64,000 bases of DNA from an uncultured Sphingomonas sp. (GCF_946477935.1 NZ_CAMLAC010000002.1:378-64377), one strand, 5' to 3'. Positions 17,771 to 28,075 are shown, counted from the stretch's first letter. A program made the numbers and translations. Notes: generated by a model not told the origin, from the letters alone.

Positions 17771-20700
17771 TCAGTGAAAATCATGGCTGCGGATGCGCAG
17801 CAACTCTTCTTCGTCGGGAACGGCGTTGAAGGGCGGATAGGCCAGCGTTCGCCCACGCGGTGGCCAGGTCGGGTCACGCGGATCGGGACCGGCGCCGTTC
17901 TTCGCACCATCACCGCGTCCCGGCGCAACAGTGAAATCCATCTTCCCGATCGATCGCAGCATGTCGTCATGGTCCGTGACGCGGTCGCAGATGATGTGGA
18001 TGACCTCACCCTCCTTCTGGACCCTGCCGCGCATGGCTATCATCGAGGCGGACATGACCTGGCGGCGATAAATCTCGAACCGGTCGGGCCACAGGATGCC
18101 GTTGGCGATGCCGGTCTCGTCTTCGATCGTGATGAACAGCACTCCTTTGGCGGAGCCTGGACGCTGGCGGACGAGGATCACGCCGGCGACCTCCACGTTG
18201 GGGCCGTCGCGTACCGAGGCGAGATCGGCGCATCGGGTAATACGCATCATATCGAGCTGGCCGCGAAGAAAGCTCATCGGGTGGCCGCGCAGCGATAGCT
18301 GGAGCGAGCGATAGTCCTCGACCACCTCGCGCCCATCGGTCATCGTGCGGAGCGGAACCGACGGCTCCAAGCCCTCGGGCGAGAACTTCTCCTCGCGCGC
18401 GTCGGCGGCAGCGAACAGCGGCAGCGGCGCTTCGCCGAGCCCTTTCACTTTCCACAGGCCCTGGCGGCGGTTTTCAGCGAGGCAGTGGAAGGCGTCGGCT
18501 TCAGCCAACCGCTCGATCGCGGCGCGCGGCACACCGGCGCGGCGCCACACCTCCTCAATGCTCTCGTAGGGCGCTGGCCCGCGTGCCGCTGCGATCGCGG
18601 CGCCATGGACGTTCGCGAGCCCGCGAACTTGCCGGAACCCGAGCCGTACCGCCATGTAGCGGCCGCCGGTTGGTTCCAGCGTACAGTCCCAATGGCTGCG
18701 ATTGATCGACACCGACCGTACTTCGACATCATGCTTGCGCGCGTCGTCGACGATCTGGGCGGGGGCATAGAAGCCCATTGGTTGCGCGTTGAGCAGCGCT
18801 GCGCAGAACACGTCGGGATGATGGTGCTTCATCCAGCACGACGCATAGGCGATCTTGGCGAAGCTGGCGGCATGGCTCTCGGGAAACCCGTACGAGCCGA
18901 ATCCCTCGATTTGCTTGAACGTCCTCTCAGCAAAGTCCTTCGGATAGCCGCGCGCCACCATCCCGCTGACCAACTTGTCATAGAAGTGGCTGACCCCGCC
19001 CGTGAGCTTGAAGGTGGCCATTGCGCGACGGAGCTGATCGGCCTCTTGGGGAGTGAACCCGGCGCCGACGATGGCGACCTTCATGGCCTGCTCTTGAAAG
19101 AGCGGCACGCCGAGAGTCTTCTCGAGGACGGCGCGCAGCTCGGGTTTAGGATATTCGGGCTTCTCTTTGCCCTCCCGGCGCCGGAGATAGGGGTGGACCA
19201 TGTCACCCTGGATCGGTCCCGGCCGCACGATCGCGACCTCGATGGTGAGATCGTAGAATTCCTTGGGCTTCATGCGTGGCAGCATGTTCATCTGCGCGCG
19301 GGACTCGATCTGGAAGACGCCGAGCGTGTCGGCCTTCTGGATCATCGCGTAGACATCAGGGTCATCGTCCTGCAGGTCGGCCATGCCGACCCTGATGCCC
19401 TTGTCCTGCTCCAAGAGGTTGAACGCGCGGTTAAGGCAACCGAGCATGCCCAAGCCCAGCACGTCGACTTTCATGAATTTGAGGGCGTCGATATCGTCCT
19501 TGTCCCACTCAATGATCTGGCGATCCTCCATCCGTGCAGGCTCGATCGGCACGAGATCGTCGAGCCGGTCCTGGGTCAGCACGAAACCGCCGGGGTGCTG
19601 CGACAGGTGTCGCGGGTGCCCGATCAGCTGGCGGGCGAGCTGAAGCGTCAGCTTCAGCCGGTGATCCCCGGCATTGAGGTTGAGGCTTTCGATCTGCTCG
19701 TCGCTGATCCCGTCGACCGACCAGCCCCACACGAGCCCGGTCAGCATTTTCGTTAGGTCGCGTGGCAGGCCCAGCGCCTTGCCGACCTCAGCGACTGCGC
19801 CGCGAGTGCGGTAGCGGGTTACCACGGCGGTGAGGGCGGAGCGGTGACGTCCGTAGGTCTCGTAAATCCATTGGATGATCTCTTCGCGTCGCTCATGTTC
19901 AAAATCGACGTCGATATCGGGCGGCTCCTTTCGCTCGCCGCTTACGAAGCGTTCGAACAGCAATTCGTGCTTGATGGGGTCGATCGACGTGATGCCGAGC
20001 AGAAAGCAGACGCAGCTGTTGGCCGCGCTTCCGCGACCCTGACACAAGATGCCGCGGCGGCGGCTCTCGCCGACGATCGAATGCACCGTCAGGAAGTAGG
20101 GCGCATAACCTAGCTGGTCGATCAACCTGAGCTCGTGGTCGATTTGGGAACGATATGCCTGCGGTACGCCCCCGGGGAACATGCGCGCTGCCGCCTCCTC
20201 GGTCAGCGCCGCCAGCGCCTCCTGCGCCGTCCGCCCAGCGATGACCTGCTCGTATGGATACTGATACTGGATCTCGCCAAGGTCGAATCGGCACTGCGCC
20301 GCAATGTCGGCGCTGGCCCGGACGGCATCCGGGAAGTCAGCGAACCGCCGCTCCATCTCGGCCGGAGACTTCAGGTTCCGGTCCATGTAGCGCTCGCGCC
20401 GGAACCCGAGCGCATCGATCGTCGTCCCTTCGCGGATGGCCGTCATCACGTCCTGCAAGGGCCGCGCCTCGCCGGTGTGATAGAGCACATCTCCGGTAGC
20501 GACGCTCCGCACGCCCGCGGCACGCGCCATCGCATCCAGCCCGTAGAGGCGTTCGGCATCATCGGGGCGGCGGCGCAGCGACAGCGCCAGATAGCCGCGA
20601 GATCCGAACACGGCACGCAGCTCATCGAGGCGAGCGGCTGTGGTCTCGTCCGGCATATCCGGCACGAGGATCGCCACCAGCCCGTCGGCATGCGCCGCGA

Positions 20701-21049
20701 CGTCGCTCCAGTCGAGGATGCAGAGGCCCTTGCCGCCACGCGCCTTGCCGACCGACAGGAGGCGCGTCAGTCGCGACCAGGCGGTGCGGTCGGTTGGATA
20801 AAGCAGCACCGCTCGGCCGTCGGTCAGATCAACCCGGGCGCCGGGCATCATGCGCACGCCGGTAGCCTTTTGCCCATCCCAGCCGCGGACCACGCCAGCG
20901 ACGCTACCCCGATCGGCCAGACCCAGCGTATGATGACCGAGCAGAGCGGCTGCAGAAAACAGTTCCTCGGGCGAGCTGCTGCCACGCAGGAACGAGAAGT
21001 GGCTCGTCACCTGGAGCTCGACGTAGATCGTTGCGGGCGCGTCCGTCAT
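17771..21049 (-). CDS. dnaE2: Error-prone DNA polymerase DnaE2 (ImuC)
   Basis: [18 protein letters not shown] start, [37 protein letters not shown]-terminal IRSHDFH; ATGA overlap with imuB; 1092 aa. Confidence 0.97.
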   Translation of the reverse strand: MTDAPATIYVELQVTSHFSFLRGSSSPEELFSAAALLGHHTLGLADRGSVAGVVRGWDGQKATGVRMMPGARVDLTDGRAVLLYPTDRTAWSRLTRLLSVGKARGGKGLCILDWSDVAAHADGLVAILVPDMPDETTAARLDELRAVFGSRGYLALSLRRRPDDAERLYGLDAMARAAGVRSVATGDVLYHTGEARPLQDVMTAIREGTTIDALGFRRERYMDRNLKSPAEMERRFADFPDAVRASADIAAQCRFDLGEIQYQYPYEQVIAGRTAQEALAALTEEAAARMFPGGVPQAYRSQIDHELRLIDQLGYAPYFLTVHSIVGESRRRGILCQGRGSAANSCVCFLLGITSIDPIKHELLFERFVSGERKEPPDIDVDFEHERREEIIQWIYETYGRHRSALTAVVTRYRTRGAVAEVGKALGLPRDLTKMLTGLVWGWSVDGISDEQIESLNLNAGDHRLKLTLQLARQLIGHPRHLSQHPGGFVLTQDRLDDLVPIEPARMEDRQIIEWDKDDIDALKFMKVDVLGLGMLGCLNRAFNLLEQDKGIRVGMADLQDDDPDVYAMIQKADTLGVFQIESRAQMNMLPRMKPKEFYDLTIEVAIVRPGPIQGDMVHPYLRRREGKEKPEYPKPELRAVLEKTLGVPLFQEQAMKVAIVGAGFTPQEADQLRRAMATFKLTGGVSHFYDKLVSGMVARGYPKDFAERTFKQIEGFGSYGFPESHAASFAKIAYASCWMKHHHPDVFCAALLNAQPMGFYAPAQIVDDARKHDVEVRSVSINRSHWDCTLEPTGGRYMAVRLGFRQVRGLANVHGAAIAAARGPAPYESIEEVWRRAGVPRAAIERLAEADAFHCLAENRRQGLWKVKGLGEAPLPLFAAADAREEKFSPEGLEPSVPLRTMTDGREVVEDYRSLQLSLRGHPMSFLRGQLDMMRITRCADLASVRDGPNVEVAGVILVRQRPGSAKGVLFITIEDETGIANGILWPDRFEIYRRQVMSASMIAMRGRVQKEGEVIHIICDRVTDHDDMLRSIGKMDFTVAPGRGDGAKNGAGPDPRDPTWPPRGRTLAYPPFNAVPDEEELLRIRSHDFH

Positions 21050-22905
21050 CCGAACAGCCCGTGCATGTACCAGCTGAGGTCGCCGGTCGGCGCCTCGACG
21101 CCGTCCCCGCGGCGAAACAGCCAGAAGCGCTCGCCACCCTCGGCCTCCACCCGGAAATAGTCCCGCACCGCCCACATCTCGCGCTCGTTGCGCCACCACT
21201 CGCCATGGATGCGTTCCGGGCCATCGCCGGCGACGACGCGATAGATGCGGCCGCGCCACGCGAACCGCCGCGGCGGGTGATCCGGCAACAGCGCCACGAC
21301 GTTGCTGAGCGCCTCGGGCCGACGCAGCAACCGCACCGGCCGCTTCCACGTCGGCCAGCCAGCCGGTGCCGCGAGCACGTCTGTCCGTCGGATAGCACGC
21401 TCAGGCACGTCGCTCTCTTCCGCGCCAACCCGGAACAACGCGGCCTCGCCGACGCGTCCGGCAAGCTGGTCGACCAGCGGCGAGAGGTCGGCGGGGAGAT
21501 CGTCGCCGACCAGCACCGCACCGAGCGACACCGGTGCAAGATCCTCGATCCTCGGGGCGGCAAGCGCCACCGCCTCGATACCCAGCCCCGGATCGATCCG
21601 TTCGACCCGCATCGCCAGCATACGCGTGAGATGCTTCGCGTCGCGCGTCGCCCGCGCGGTTCCAAGACCGATACGCTGCTCGTCGCCGTCGACGCGCAAG
21701 CAGGTCAGCACCGCGGCGCGAACACCGAGCCCCCGCGCTTGCAGCACCGCCACCATGTCGTCGACGAGATCGCCAATCACCTGGGTGATCGCCTCGGCTG
21801 TACCGATCGGTTCCAGCAGCCGGCGCATCACGCGCGGCTCTTCGAAGGGCACCACCGGAATGATCGGCTCGGCGACCATCCCGCGGGCCTGGTCGAGGCG
21901 AGTGACCGTCGCCATGCCGAGCCGGCGCGCGAGCGGACCGCGCGGCATCGAATAGAGGTCGGAAACCCGCTCCAGCCCGAATCTGGCGGCCGCATGCAAC
22001 GCCTCTGGCGTCAGCCGCAGCGAGGCAAGCGGCAGATCGGCGAGAATCTCCGTTTCTGAGCCAGGTGGCACGATAGTGGCCGGCTTGCCGCCGTAGCGCG
22101 CCAGCGCATGCGCTGCGCCCGGTGTGCCGGCGATCGCAATGCTGGCGGTGAAGCCGACACGCTGGAGGAAGCGCAGTAAGCGGCGGCAGAAGTGCGGCTC
22201 GCCACCGAACAGATGGGTGGTGCCGGTTAGATCGAGCCACAAGCCATCCGGTCCGGCGACACTGGCGGAAGGCGTCCAATGGCCGACCGCATGGAGCGCC
22301 AGCCGGTCGAGCCAAGCGCGATCCTTGTCGTGCTCAGCGTCGCGTACGTCGAGACCGGCGACGAGGGCGCGGGCATAGGCCGCAGCCATGCCGGGGCGCA
22401 GGCCTAGCTCGAGCGCAGCCGGGCAAGCAGCGGTCAACACGTCCTTCTGGCCGACCCGTTCGATCAATACGGTCGGGCGACCCCATATCCGATCAAGCGG
22501 GGCTGGCACAGCACGTCCGCGCCCCGGCGTACCTTCGTCTGGCGGCATCGCCTTGAACGGATGATCGGCTGGTTCGCTGCGGCGGCCAAGCATACGCCTG
22601 GGCGGTTGCTGATGCGCCGGCAGCGTTGCGATCGCTTGCTCGACCGAAGCGTGCGGCGATGCGCCATCGCGTGGCCATGCCGCGGAGCCATGATCGGCGA
22701 GCGCCCAGCGCGCGCCCGGCCGCCAGCCGCCGCCGCGTGGCACCGAGCAGGCGCCAGGATCGTCGTCGATCGGCGGTGCGAACCTCAAGCGTGTGGGGGC
22801 CGGCAGCGCCTCAGGCAGCTTGGCTGGCCGCTCCAACCGCCGCAGCCGCTCGATGGCGAGCTGGGGCAGGTAGAGCGAGGCGACCCTGGTCATCACACGC
22901 ATCAA
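21046..22905 (-). CDS. imuB: ImuB, Y-family polymerase-like protein
   Basis: [34 protein letters not shown]-terminal [10 protein letters not shown]...RDYFRVE...FWLFR; located between imuA and dnaE2. Confidence 0.93.
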   Translation of the reverse strand: MMRVMTRVASLYLPQLAIERLRRLERPAKLPEALPAPTRLRFAPPIDDDPGACSVPRGGGWRPGARWALADHGSAAWPRDGASPHASVEQAIATLPAHQQPPRRMLGRRSEPADHPFKAMPPDEGTPGRGRAVPAPLDRIWGRPTVLIERVGQKDVLTAACPAALELGLRPGMAAAYARALVAGLDVRDAEHDKDRAWLDRLALHAVGHWTPSASVAGPDGLWLDLTGTTHLFGGEPHFCRRLLRFLQRVGFTASIAIAGTPGAAHALARYGGKPATIVPPGSETEILADLPLASLRLTPEALHAAARFGLERVSDLYSMPRGPLARRLGMATVTRLDQARGMVAEPIIPVVPFEEPRVMRRLLEPIGTAEAITQVIGDLVDDMVAVLQARGLGVRAAVLTCLRVDGDEQRIGLGTARATRDAKHLTRMLAMRVERIDPGLGIEAVALAAPRIEDLAPVSLGAVLVGDDLPADLSPLVDQLAGRVGEAALFRVGAEESDVPERAIRRTDVLAAPAGWPTWKRPVRLLRRPEALSNVVALLPDHPPRRFAWRGRIYRVVAGDGPERIHGEWWRNEREMWAVRDYFRVEAEGGERFWLFRRGDGVEAPTGDLSWYMHGLFG

Positions 22906-23605
22906 GTTCGAGGGAGAAAGGATTGCCGTTGCGCTGTCTGACCAACTCGACCGACCAGCGTGGACGGCCGACGCCAGGATAAGGTAGCCTGGCTGACGAC
23001 ACGCAGCCGATCCGCCAGCGGGTCATCGCCGACGAGGGCTGACCGAGCGGACAACGGTCGCACGAGCGATGCCGGCGGTAGAGCAGCATCGGCGTCCCGC
23101 CATCCGATGCGGCAAGCTGGAGGCGGCGGGTCGCGGTCTGATCGGCCAACTTCACCTCGGCGACCACGCAGGCGAGCGAGCCGAATCGCAACGCATCCTC
23201 GGCCAGCGCCAGCACCTCGGCATCCTTGCCCGCTTCGGCGTGGAAAATGCGCTCTGGACCGAGCCCGACCTGATCGAGCCCCGGCGCATAAAGGTCGTAG
23301 CGGCTCAGTGCCCACAGCACCGTAAATCCTGGTTGTGAGGCGAACCTGGCGGCGATGCCGGCTGCAAATAGCGTGGCGGCCGCGTCGTCGTTCAGCGAGG
23401 CGGTGGCGGCAGCGATCTCATGGAGCCCGGCGCCGTCGAGCCCGCCGCCGGCAACCTTGCTATCGACCGCCTCCAGTCCAAACGCCAGTACCGGCCCGCG
23501 CTGGCTCTGGGCTTGCGCAAGCTGCGCGCGAAGCGCGGCTAGTTGATCGGCATCGGGCCGATCGGGGGACGACGAAGGTAGGAGCATCGGGCAACATCGA
23601 CTCAC
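22811..23605 (-). CDS. imuA: ImuA (RecA/SulA-like)
   Basis: GGGLDGAGLHEI, ALAEDALRFG, RRLQLAASDGG, RPRWSVELVRQRNG; alternative start at 23587. Confidence 0.92.
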   Translation of the reverse strand: MSRCCPMLLPSSSPDRPDADQLAALRAQLAQAQSQRGPVLAFGLEAVDSKVAGGGLDGAGLHEIAAATASLNDDAAATLFAAGIAARFASQPGFTVLWALSRYDLYAPGLDQVGLGPERIFHAEAGKDAEVLALAEDALRFGSLACVVAEVKLADQTATRRLQLAASDGGTPMLLYRRHRSCDRCPLGQPSSAMTRWRIGCVSSARLPYPGVGRPRWSVELVRQRNGNPFSLELDACDDQGRLALPAPARHRAAAAVGAASQAA

Positions 23606-23607
23606 TT

Positions 23608-23622
23608 GTTCCTTCTATGTTC
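23608..23622. promoter_or_regulatory. Alphaproteobacterial LexA (SOS) box upstream of imuA
   Basis: GTTC-CTTCTAT-GTTC, a perfect GTTC-N7-GTTC. Confidence 0.9.
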
Positions 23623-23691
23623 CGCCTACTCGTGGGGTTCGTCAAGCCGGATGATGAGTTATCCGTTTCTCGGACGTGAAGATGCAGTGGC

Positions 23692-24129
23692 TCACCCCGC
23701 CGGCGCCGCATCTCCGATGAGGCGTAGCGTCATCGGGTCGCGCTTGCCGCCAAACCAGCGGTCAAGCGCCGCGGCGATGAGCGCATTGGGACGAACTGCC
23801 TCGAACAGGGTCAGCGACGAGCGCAGCTTCGTGGCATCGATGTCGCCGAATACAGCCTCGGCATTGCTCGTCGCGAGATCCTGCAGGGCGGCGACGCATT
23901 CGAGATAGCGTGGACCCAATACGGCGTGGTCGAGATAGGCGCGTGCCTCTTCGAGCGACCGGACGGCGAAATGCTGCGCGGTCGAACTGCGCCCGAGCCC
24001 GGTGAACTGTGGGAAGACATACCACATCCAGTGCGAGCGCTTGGCCCCACGCCGGATTTCCGCGAGCGCGGTCTTGTAGTTGAGGGTCTGAGCCTCGACG
24101 AAACGATCGAGCGAGTTAACGTCCGGCAT
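23692..24129 (-). CDS. DUF1810-family protein
   Basis: LDRFVEAQ...ALAEIRRGAKRSHWMWYVFPQ..GLGRS...EARAYLDHAVLGPR...KLRSSLTLF. Confidence 0.9.
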   Translation of the reverse strand: MPDVNSLDRFVEAQTLNYKTALAEIRRGAKRSHWMWYVFPQFTGLGRSSTAQHFAVRSLEEARAYLDHAVLGPRYLECVAALQDLATSNAEAVFGDIDATKLRSSLTLFEAVRPNALIAAALDRWFGGKRDPMTLRLIGDAAPAG

Positions 24130-24130
24130 G

Positions 24131-24739
24131 TCAGAGCAGCGCCGGTTCTGCGGCCGGGAACACGCGCGTGACCGGCAAACTGCCTTTCGGTAACGCCCGC
24201 AGCACATCCTTCGGCGGCACCGACGGATCAAGCCAGTCAGCCCATTGATCGCGGGTCAGCGGGATGATCTGACGATGATGATAGGGCGCGACATCTTCAC
24301 CCGGCTCCATGGTCAGCATGGTCCAAGCTTCGCCGGATGGCACCGCCCGCCAGATGCCCGCGATGCAGAACCAGTCGTGTCCCTTCAGCGTGAACAGCCA
24401 CTTTGTCTTGCGCTTCTGACCTGGCTGCGGTTCGGTAAACTCATAGAAGCCATCGGCCAGGATCAAGCAACGCCCGGAGGCAAATTCGCGACCTTCGCTG
24501 CGGTAGTTGTAGACGGGCCTGCCGCCTTGCCCTGGCCAGCTCCATCTACGACTGACCAGCTCGCCCACGCCACGTTCGCCCTCGACACCGCGTACTATCG
24601 GGGCTGAATCGCTTATCTTGATATCCTCTCGAGCTGCCACGTTGGGCGTGCCTTCGGGGGTCTTGATCTTGATCTTGAGGTCTTCAAAGTCTTCCATGAT
24701 CGAGGCGATGTCCACCTCCAGCCGATAGTCATTGCACAC
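24131..24739 (-). CDS. SOS response-associated peptidase (SRAP/YedK/HMCES family), catalytic
   Basis: GTG start giving MCNDY (Cys2), RCLILADGFYEF (Glu), PYHHRQ (His). Confidence 0.9.
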   Translation of the reverse strand: MCNDYRLEVDIASIMEDFEDLKIKIKTPEGTPNVAAREDIKISDSAPIVRGVEGERGVGELVSRRWSWPGQGGRPVYNYRSEGREFASGRCLILADGFYEFTEPQPGQKRKTKWLFTLKGHDWFCIAGIWRAVPSGEAWTMLTMEPGEDVAPYHHRQIIPLTRDQWADWLDPSVPPKDVLRALPKGSLPVTRVFPAAEPALL

Positions 24740-24769
24740 ACGCCCCAGCCTTTCTTGCGACCTGCCGTC

Positions 24770-24784
24770 GTTCCCACTATGTTC
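24770..24784. promoter_or_regulatory. LexA box between the divergent SRAP genes
   Basis: GTTC-CCACTAT-GTTC, a perfect GTTC-N7-GTTC. Confidence 0.9.
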
Positions 24785-24791
24785 CTGCGGG

Positions 24792-25313
24792 ATGGAGTCG
24801 CCTATACCATTTGATACCGACGCCCCGCCGGGGGGCAGACGTGCCATCATCAGGCGAAATCCGGATGATGCCAGCGAAATCGAGATGGTCGAGGCGGCCT
24901 GGGGGTCCAACCCGCGGTTCAGTGATGGCGCCTCGTTGCGGTTCGTTCGCTCGGAAGGCCGCCCATTCCCGAACAACCGTTGCCTGATTCCAGCCAGCGA
25001 ATTCCACATGCGCGTGGGAGACAACCGCTACCGCGCGACTCTCGACAGCGGCAACTTCTTCTATCTTGCCGCCATCTGGGAGCCGGCAATTGGCGGGTGG
25101 CCGCTCAGCTTCCGTGTCATCACAGTCGCGGCGAACGCTGAGGTTGCCCGCTACCAGGACCGGCATGGCGCGATCATCGAACGACGGCACCGGATGCAGT
25201 GGCTCGACGCTACCGTTCCGGAGATCGACCTGCTGCAGACGCCGCCAGAGCGGACCTTTCTCGTCGAGCGGCTCGTAGGGGGCGGGACCAGCCAAGCGGT
25301 GCTCGCCCTGTGA
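24792..25313 (+). CDS. SRAP-family paralog lacking the catalytic triad
   Basis: RSEGRPFPNNRCLIPASEFHMR and VARYQDRH align with the neighbouring SRAP but lack Cys2, Glu and His. Confidence 0.75.
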   Translation: MESPIPFDTDAPPGGRRAIIRRNPDDASEIEMVEAAWGSNPRFSDGASLRFVRSEGRPFPNNRCLIPASEFHMRVGDNRYRATLDSGNFFYLAAIWEPAIGGWPLSFRVITVAANAEVARYQDRHGAIIERRHRMQWLDATVPEIDLLQTPPERTFLVERLVGGGTSQAVLAL

Positions 25314-25338
25314 CCACCGAGAAACAAGGAGCAGCAGC

Positions 25339-25599
25339 ATGGACGTGCTAGCGGACGCAGCAAGTTGGCTGACCCAAGAGGCCGACGAGATCCTACTCGA
25401 ATATCCTCGAACATCGCCTGCGGACCTCGCCACGTCGTTCGAGCGGACGATAGCCAGCTATGACGGCGATCGGGACATGGCTGTGGCCATCATTGCCGAG
25501 CTGAGGCACCGCGCCGGCGCGGGCGTACGCTTTTGGCCTGGCCAGCCCTCCGAGCCGGAGGCGGCCGATGCAATTACGGGCGACGACATACCGTGGTGA
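25339..25599 (+). CDS. Small acidic protein ending GDDIPW (86 aa)
   Basis: AAGGAG RBS; stop overlaps the next start (GTGA). Confidence 0.7.
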   Translation: MDVLADAASWLTQEADEILLEYPRTSPADLATSFERTIASYDGDRDMAVAIIAELRHRAGAGVRFWPGQPSEPEAADAITGDDIPW

Positions 25600-26030
25600 C
25601 GGCTCCGAGACGGTTCGAACTGGCCTCCGCGAATCCGCGTCCATATTTGGTGCTTGGCGCAGTCGTCACATCGTTTTCTTGGGCGACACCCGCATCGGCA
25701 GATCCTTGCGAGGGAGTTCTGCCCGCTCGCGGTGCCGTCTTCTCGGGTGTCGTTCGCTATGTCGGCGATGGCGACGGCCTCTGCATCGGACCTGCGAGAC
25801 GGCCGGACCGGTGGATCGAGGTGCGCCTCGCCGACTTCGACGCCCCGGAGCTAAGTGAGCCAGGTGGCCAGCGTGCGAAGCGATTGCTCGCAAGCATCGT
25901 CATGGGCCGCTCTCTCACCTGCCGCGCTGGCCGACGTAGCTATGACCGGATTGTGGCGCATTGCAGGTTAGATGAGCGTCCGCTCGGCAATCTATTACGC
26001 GACCGCGGCGGTCGCGAAGGCGGCCGCTAA
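25596..26030 (+). CDS. Thermonuclease (SNase-like) family protein, probably exported
   Basis: Hydrophobic N-terminus ending ATPASA, then VRYVGDGDGLC, VRLADFDAPE, SYDRIVA. Confidence 0.8.
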   Translation: MTAPRRFELASANPRPYLVLGAVVTSFSWATPASADPCEGVLPARGAVFSGVVRYVGDGDGLCIGPARRPDRWIEVRLADFDAPELSEPGGQRAKRLLASIVMGRSLTCRAGRRSYDRIVAHCRLDERPLGNLLRDRGGREGGR

Positions 26031-26237
26031 CTCGCAAGCCAATGCAGCCTGACCTGATCAACTCGCGCCTCTTGTCGTGCTCGATCTGCCATCTGATTGG
26101 TGAGGCCGGTCATATGTGAGAACACAGCATCGTCGCGCTTGAAGAAAGGCGTTGGTCGATCGGGTCTTGTGCTCTGTTGGAGCCAGCTTGAAGCCATCCG
26201 ACAGTGTCAGTCGTTAAGAGAGCAGCACTAGCGGAGC

Positions 26238-26705
26238 ATGGCTTTGACCCCGTTCGACTTCTGGACCGGCATGTGGCGTACGGGGCAGGCGATGGCCAAC
26301 GCTGGTATGAAGATGGCGGAGGTGACCGATGCGTCGCGCACCGTTATCGAAAGCCGATCACTAGCGATGCTAGCGGCGTCTCGCGATCCATTGAATGGCG
26401 ACTATGCTGAGCTCAATCGGATGGTGCCGGAGAAAGTCGCAGCATTCGCAAGGGCAGGGGCTTCCGCGTTCGACGATCTTCAGGCTGTCCAAGCGCAGGC
26501 GATTGCAAACTGGCAGATGATGGTGGGCATAGCGCTGAAAGGCCGTGCTGCTACGCCGGCCGAGATCGGGATCATGACGTCTCGCACCGCGACGATGATC
26601 GAACGGAGCGCGACGGCGGCGGGGAGGGCGCTTGCCCCCGTCCACCGCAGCGCCACCGGCAACGCTCGCCGGCTCACTCGTACGAAGGCGCGCAAGAAAG
26701 TCTGA
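26238..26705 (+). CDS. Ala/Met-rich helical hypothetical protein (phasin-like, uncertain)
   Basis: 155 aa, GGAG RBS; ELNRMVPEKVAAF and PVHRSATGNARRL segments; function not established. Confidence 0.55.
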   Translation: MALTPFDFWTGMWRTGQAMANAGMKMAEVTDASRTVIESRSLAMLAASRDPLNGDYAELNRMVPEKVAAFARAGASAFDDLQAVQAQAIANWQMMVGIALKGRAATPAEIGIMTSRTATMIERSATAAGRALAPVHRSATGNARRLTRTKARKKV

Positions 26706-26749
26706 GCAAGGCGACAAAGGGGATTCACACGCGACTCGGCGTCGCGTAG

Positions 26750-26764
26750 ATTCCTGCTATGTTC
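26750..26764. promoter_or_regulatory. Near-consensus LexA box overlapping the start codon at 26759
   Basis: ATTC-CTGCTAT-GTTC; shares the C-NN-CTAT-GTTC core with the two perfect boxes. Confidence 0.6.
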
Positions 26765-27289
26765 CATCAGGCAGACCTGTTTGACCAGCCGCGCACTTCA
26801 AGACGCGCCATGGATACGCCGACGCTTTTGGCGACGATCGCCGGCGCCTCGCAGAGACCCAAGTTCGCCTACATGCTCCTTCAACTGATCGCCGAGATTG
26901 CCGATGAAAAGGGGCGGGCAGGCCCGAGCGTTGCCGTCGACGGCGCGGCGATGCCGGTGCGGGATTGGCTTTGCGACGGCCTAGTCCCCATGGCGCAGCG
27001 AGACGCACGCCGACGCTCCACGGTCCAAGCGGTGCGCGAGGACCTCGAGAAGTCGAACGCGCTCCCTGTTGACGCTACCAAAGCCGATCTTCTCATCGAG
27101 CAGAAGGTGCGTGAGCGCGTCCGCCGCTCTGGCCGTTGCAACGTCAGCCGTGCAGTCTCGGACCTTGTTCGGGCTGGGCTGTTGCGGCGCCATTATCAAG
27201 GCTATCGCGTCGATCATGAAAACCGTGGAGCACAGCGTGAGGCCGTCTATACGATCGTACCTGACGCACTCGCGGCCCTACGCAGATAA
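26759..27289 (+). CDS. Hypothetical protein with possible C-terminal winged helix
   Basis: 176 aa; NVSRAVSDLVRAGLLRRHYQG...AVYTI resembles a wHTH recognition helix plus wing. Confidence 0.65.
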   Translation: MFHQADLFDQPRTSRRAMDTPTLLATIAGASQRPKFAYMLLQLIAEIADEKGRAGPSVAVDGAAMPVRDWLCDGLVPMAQRDARRRSTVQAVREDLEKSNALPVDATKADLLIEQKVRERVRRSGRCNVSRAVSDLVRAGLLRRHYQGYRVDHENRGAQREAVYTIVPDALAALRR

Positions 27290-27367
27290 TCGACCCGCCA
27301 TTTAGCATAGATTGCCTGCGGCCGCGGCGCCCTTCGATGCGCGGGCGTAGCCAGCGCGAGCGCAGTC

Positions 27368-27652
27368 TCAAGAGGAAGGCAACTCCCGCTGACTTTCGAG
27401 AAGCGCGAGCTGGGTCTGAATGGTGTGCAGCGCGGGTCGAACGACGTCCAGCAGTGCCGCCCCGGCAGGAGTGAGAGATAGCCGTCGGGTGGTCCGCTCA
27501 AGCAGCATAACCTTGTGCCGGCCTTCCAATTGCTGAACGGCCCGCGTCAGCGCCGATTGCGAAACGCCAAGCCGCGATGCGGCTTTCGTGAAGCTGCCCA
27601 TTTCAGCCACTGCGGCGAAGGCCACCAGATCGGCTAGGTCGTCTCTGGACAT
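27368..27652 (-). pseudogene. Truncated LysR-family regulator (HTH only, 94 aa)
   Basis: AFAAVAEMGSFTKAASRLGVSQSALTRAVQQLE...LLERTTRRLSLTPAG, then a stop where the effector domain should begin. Confidence 0.75.
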
Positions 27653-27904
27653 ACGCTAGAACCCGCCGACGGGAGAGGAGCGCGCCAAGCTGTCCACTGT
27701 CCTCTGCCTTCCTGTGCTGAGCAGCCAGTCGCTGCTCATAGGCAGAAGCGAGCGCGTCTCCTGCGTCGCGACGGTCCATCTTCTTAAGGCCTGACATCCA
27801 GCACGCTCACTCGCGAGCAGGTTGGCAGAGGCGCGCCGCCTTCGTTCACCGGGACAGGTGAATGCCCCGCACTGACAAATAGCCATGTCGCGGATCTCAA
27901 TCTA

Positions 27905-27955
27905 TATGCGTCACGCATACAGTTCGGGAACGCGGATGTCTATGCGTCACGCATA
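27905..27955. promoter_or_regulatory. Two copies of palindrome TATGCG-N3-CGCATA (27905-27919, 27941-27955)
   Basis: Both TATGCG-TCA-CGCATA, 36 bp apart, upstream of the YeeE/YedE gene. Confidence 0.8.
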
Positions 27956-28075
27956 TAATAGCAGAACTGATGCGCGTCGTTGCAACGGCCCTGCGCGCAA
28001 CGGGTGTGTCCGCGCCTCAGGCAATCACGCTTACCGGCTTCCCACGGTGCAAAATGCGCCGCCTGAACTGCGGGG

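Noticed and set aside
18485-22315. Long ORFs overlapping dnaE2/imuB (18485-19756 +, 20135-21160 +, 21031-22059 +, 21401-22315 -)
   Set aside because: Antisense or off-frame shadows of dnaE2 and imuB; no independent RBS or family signal.
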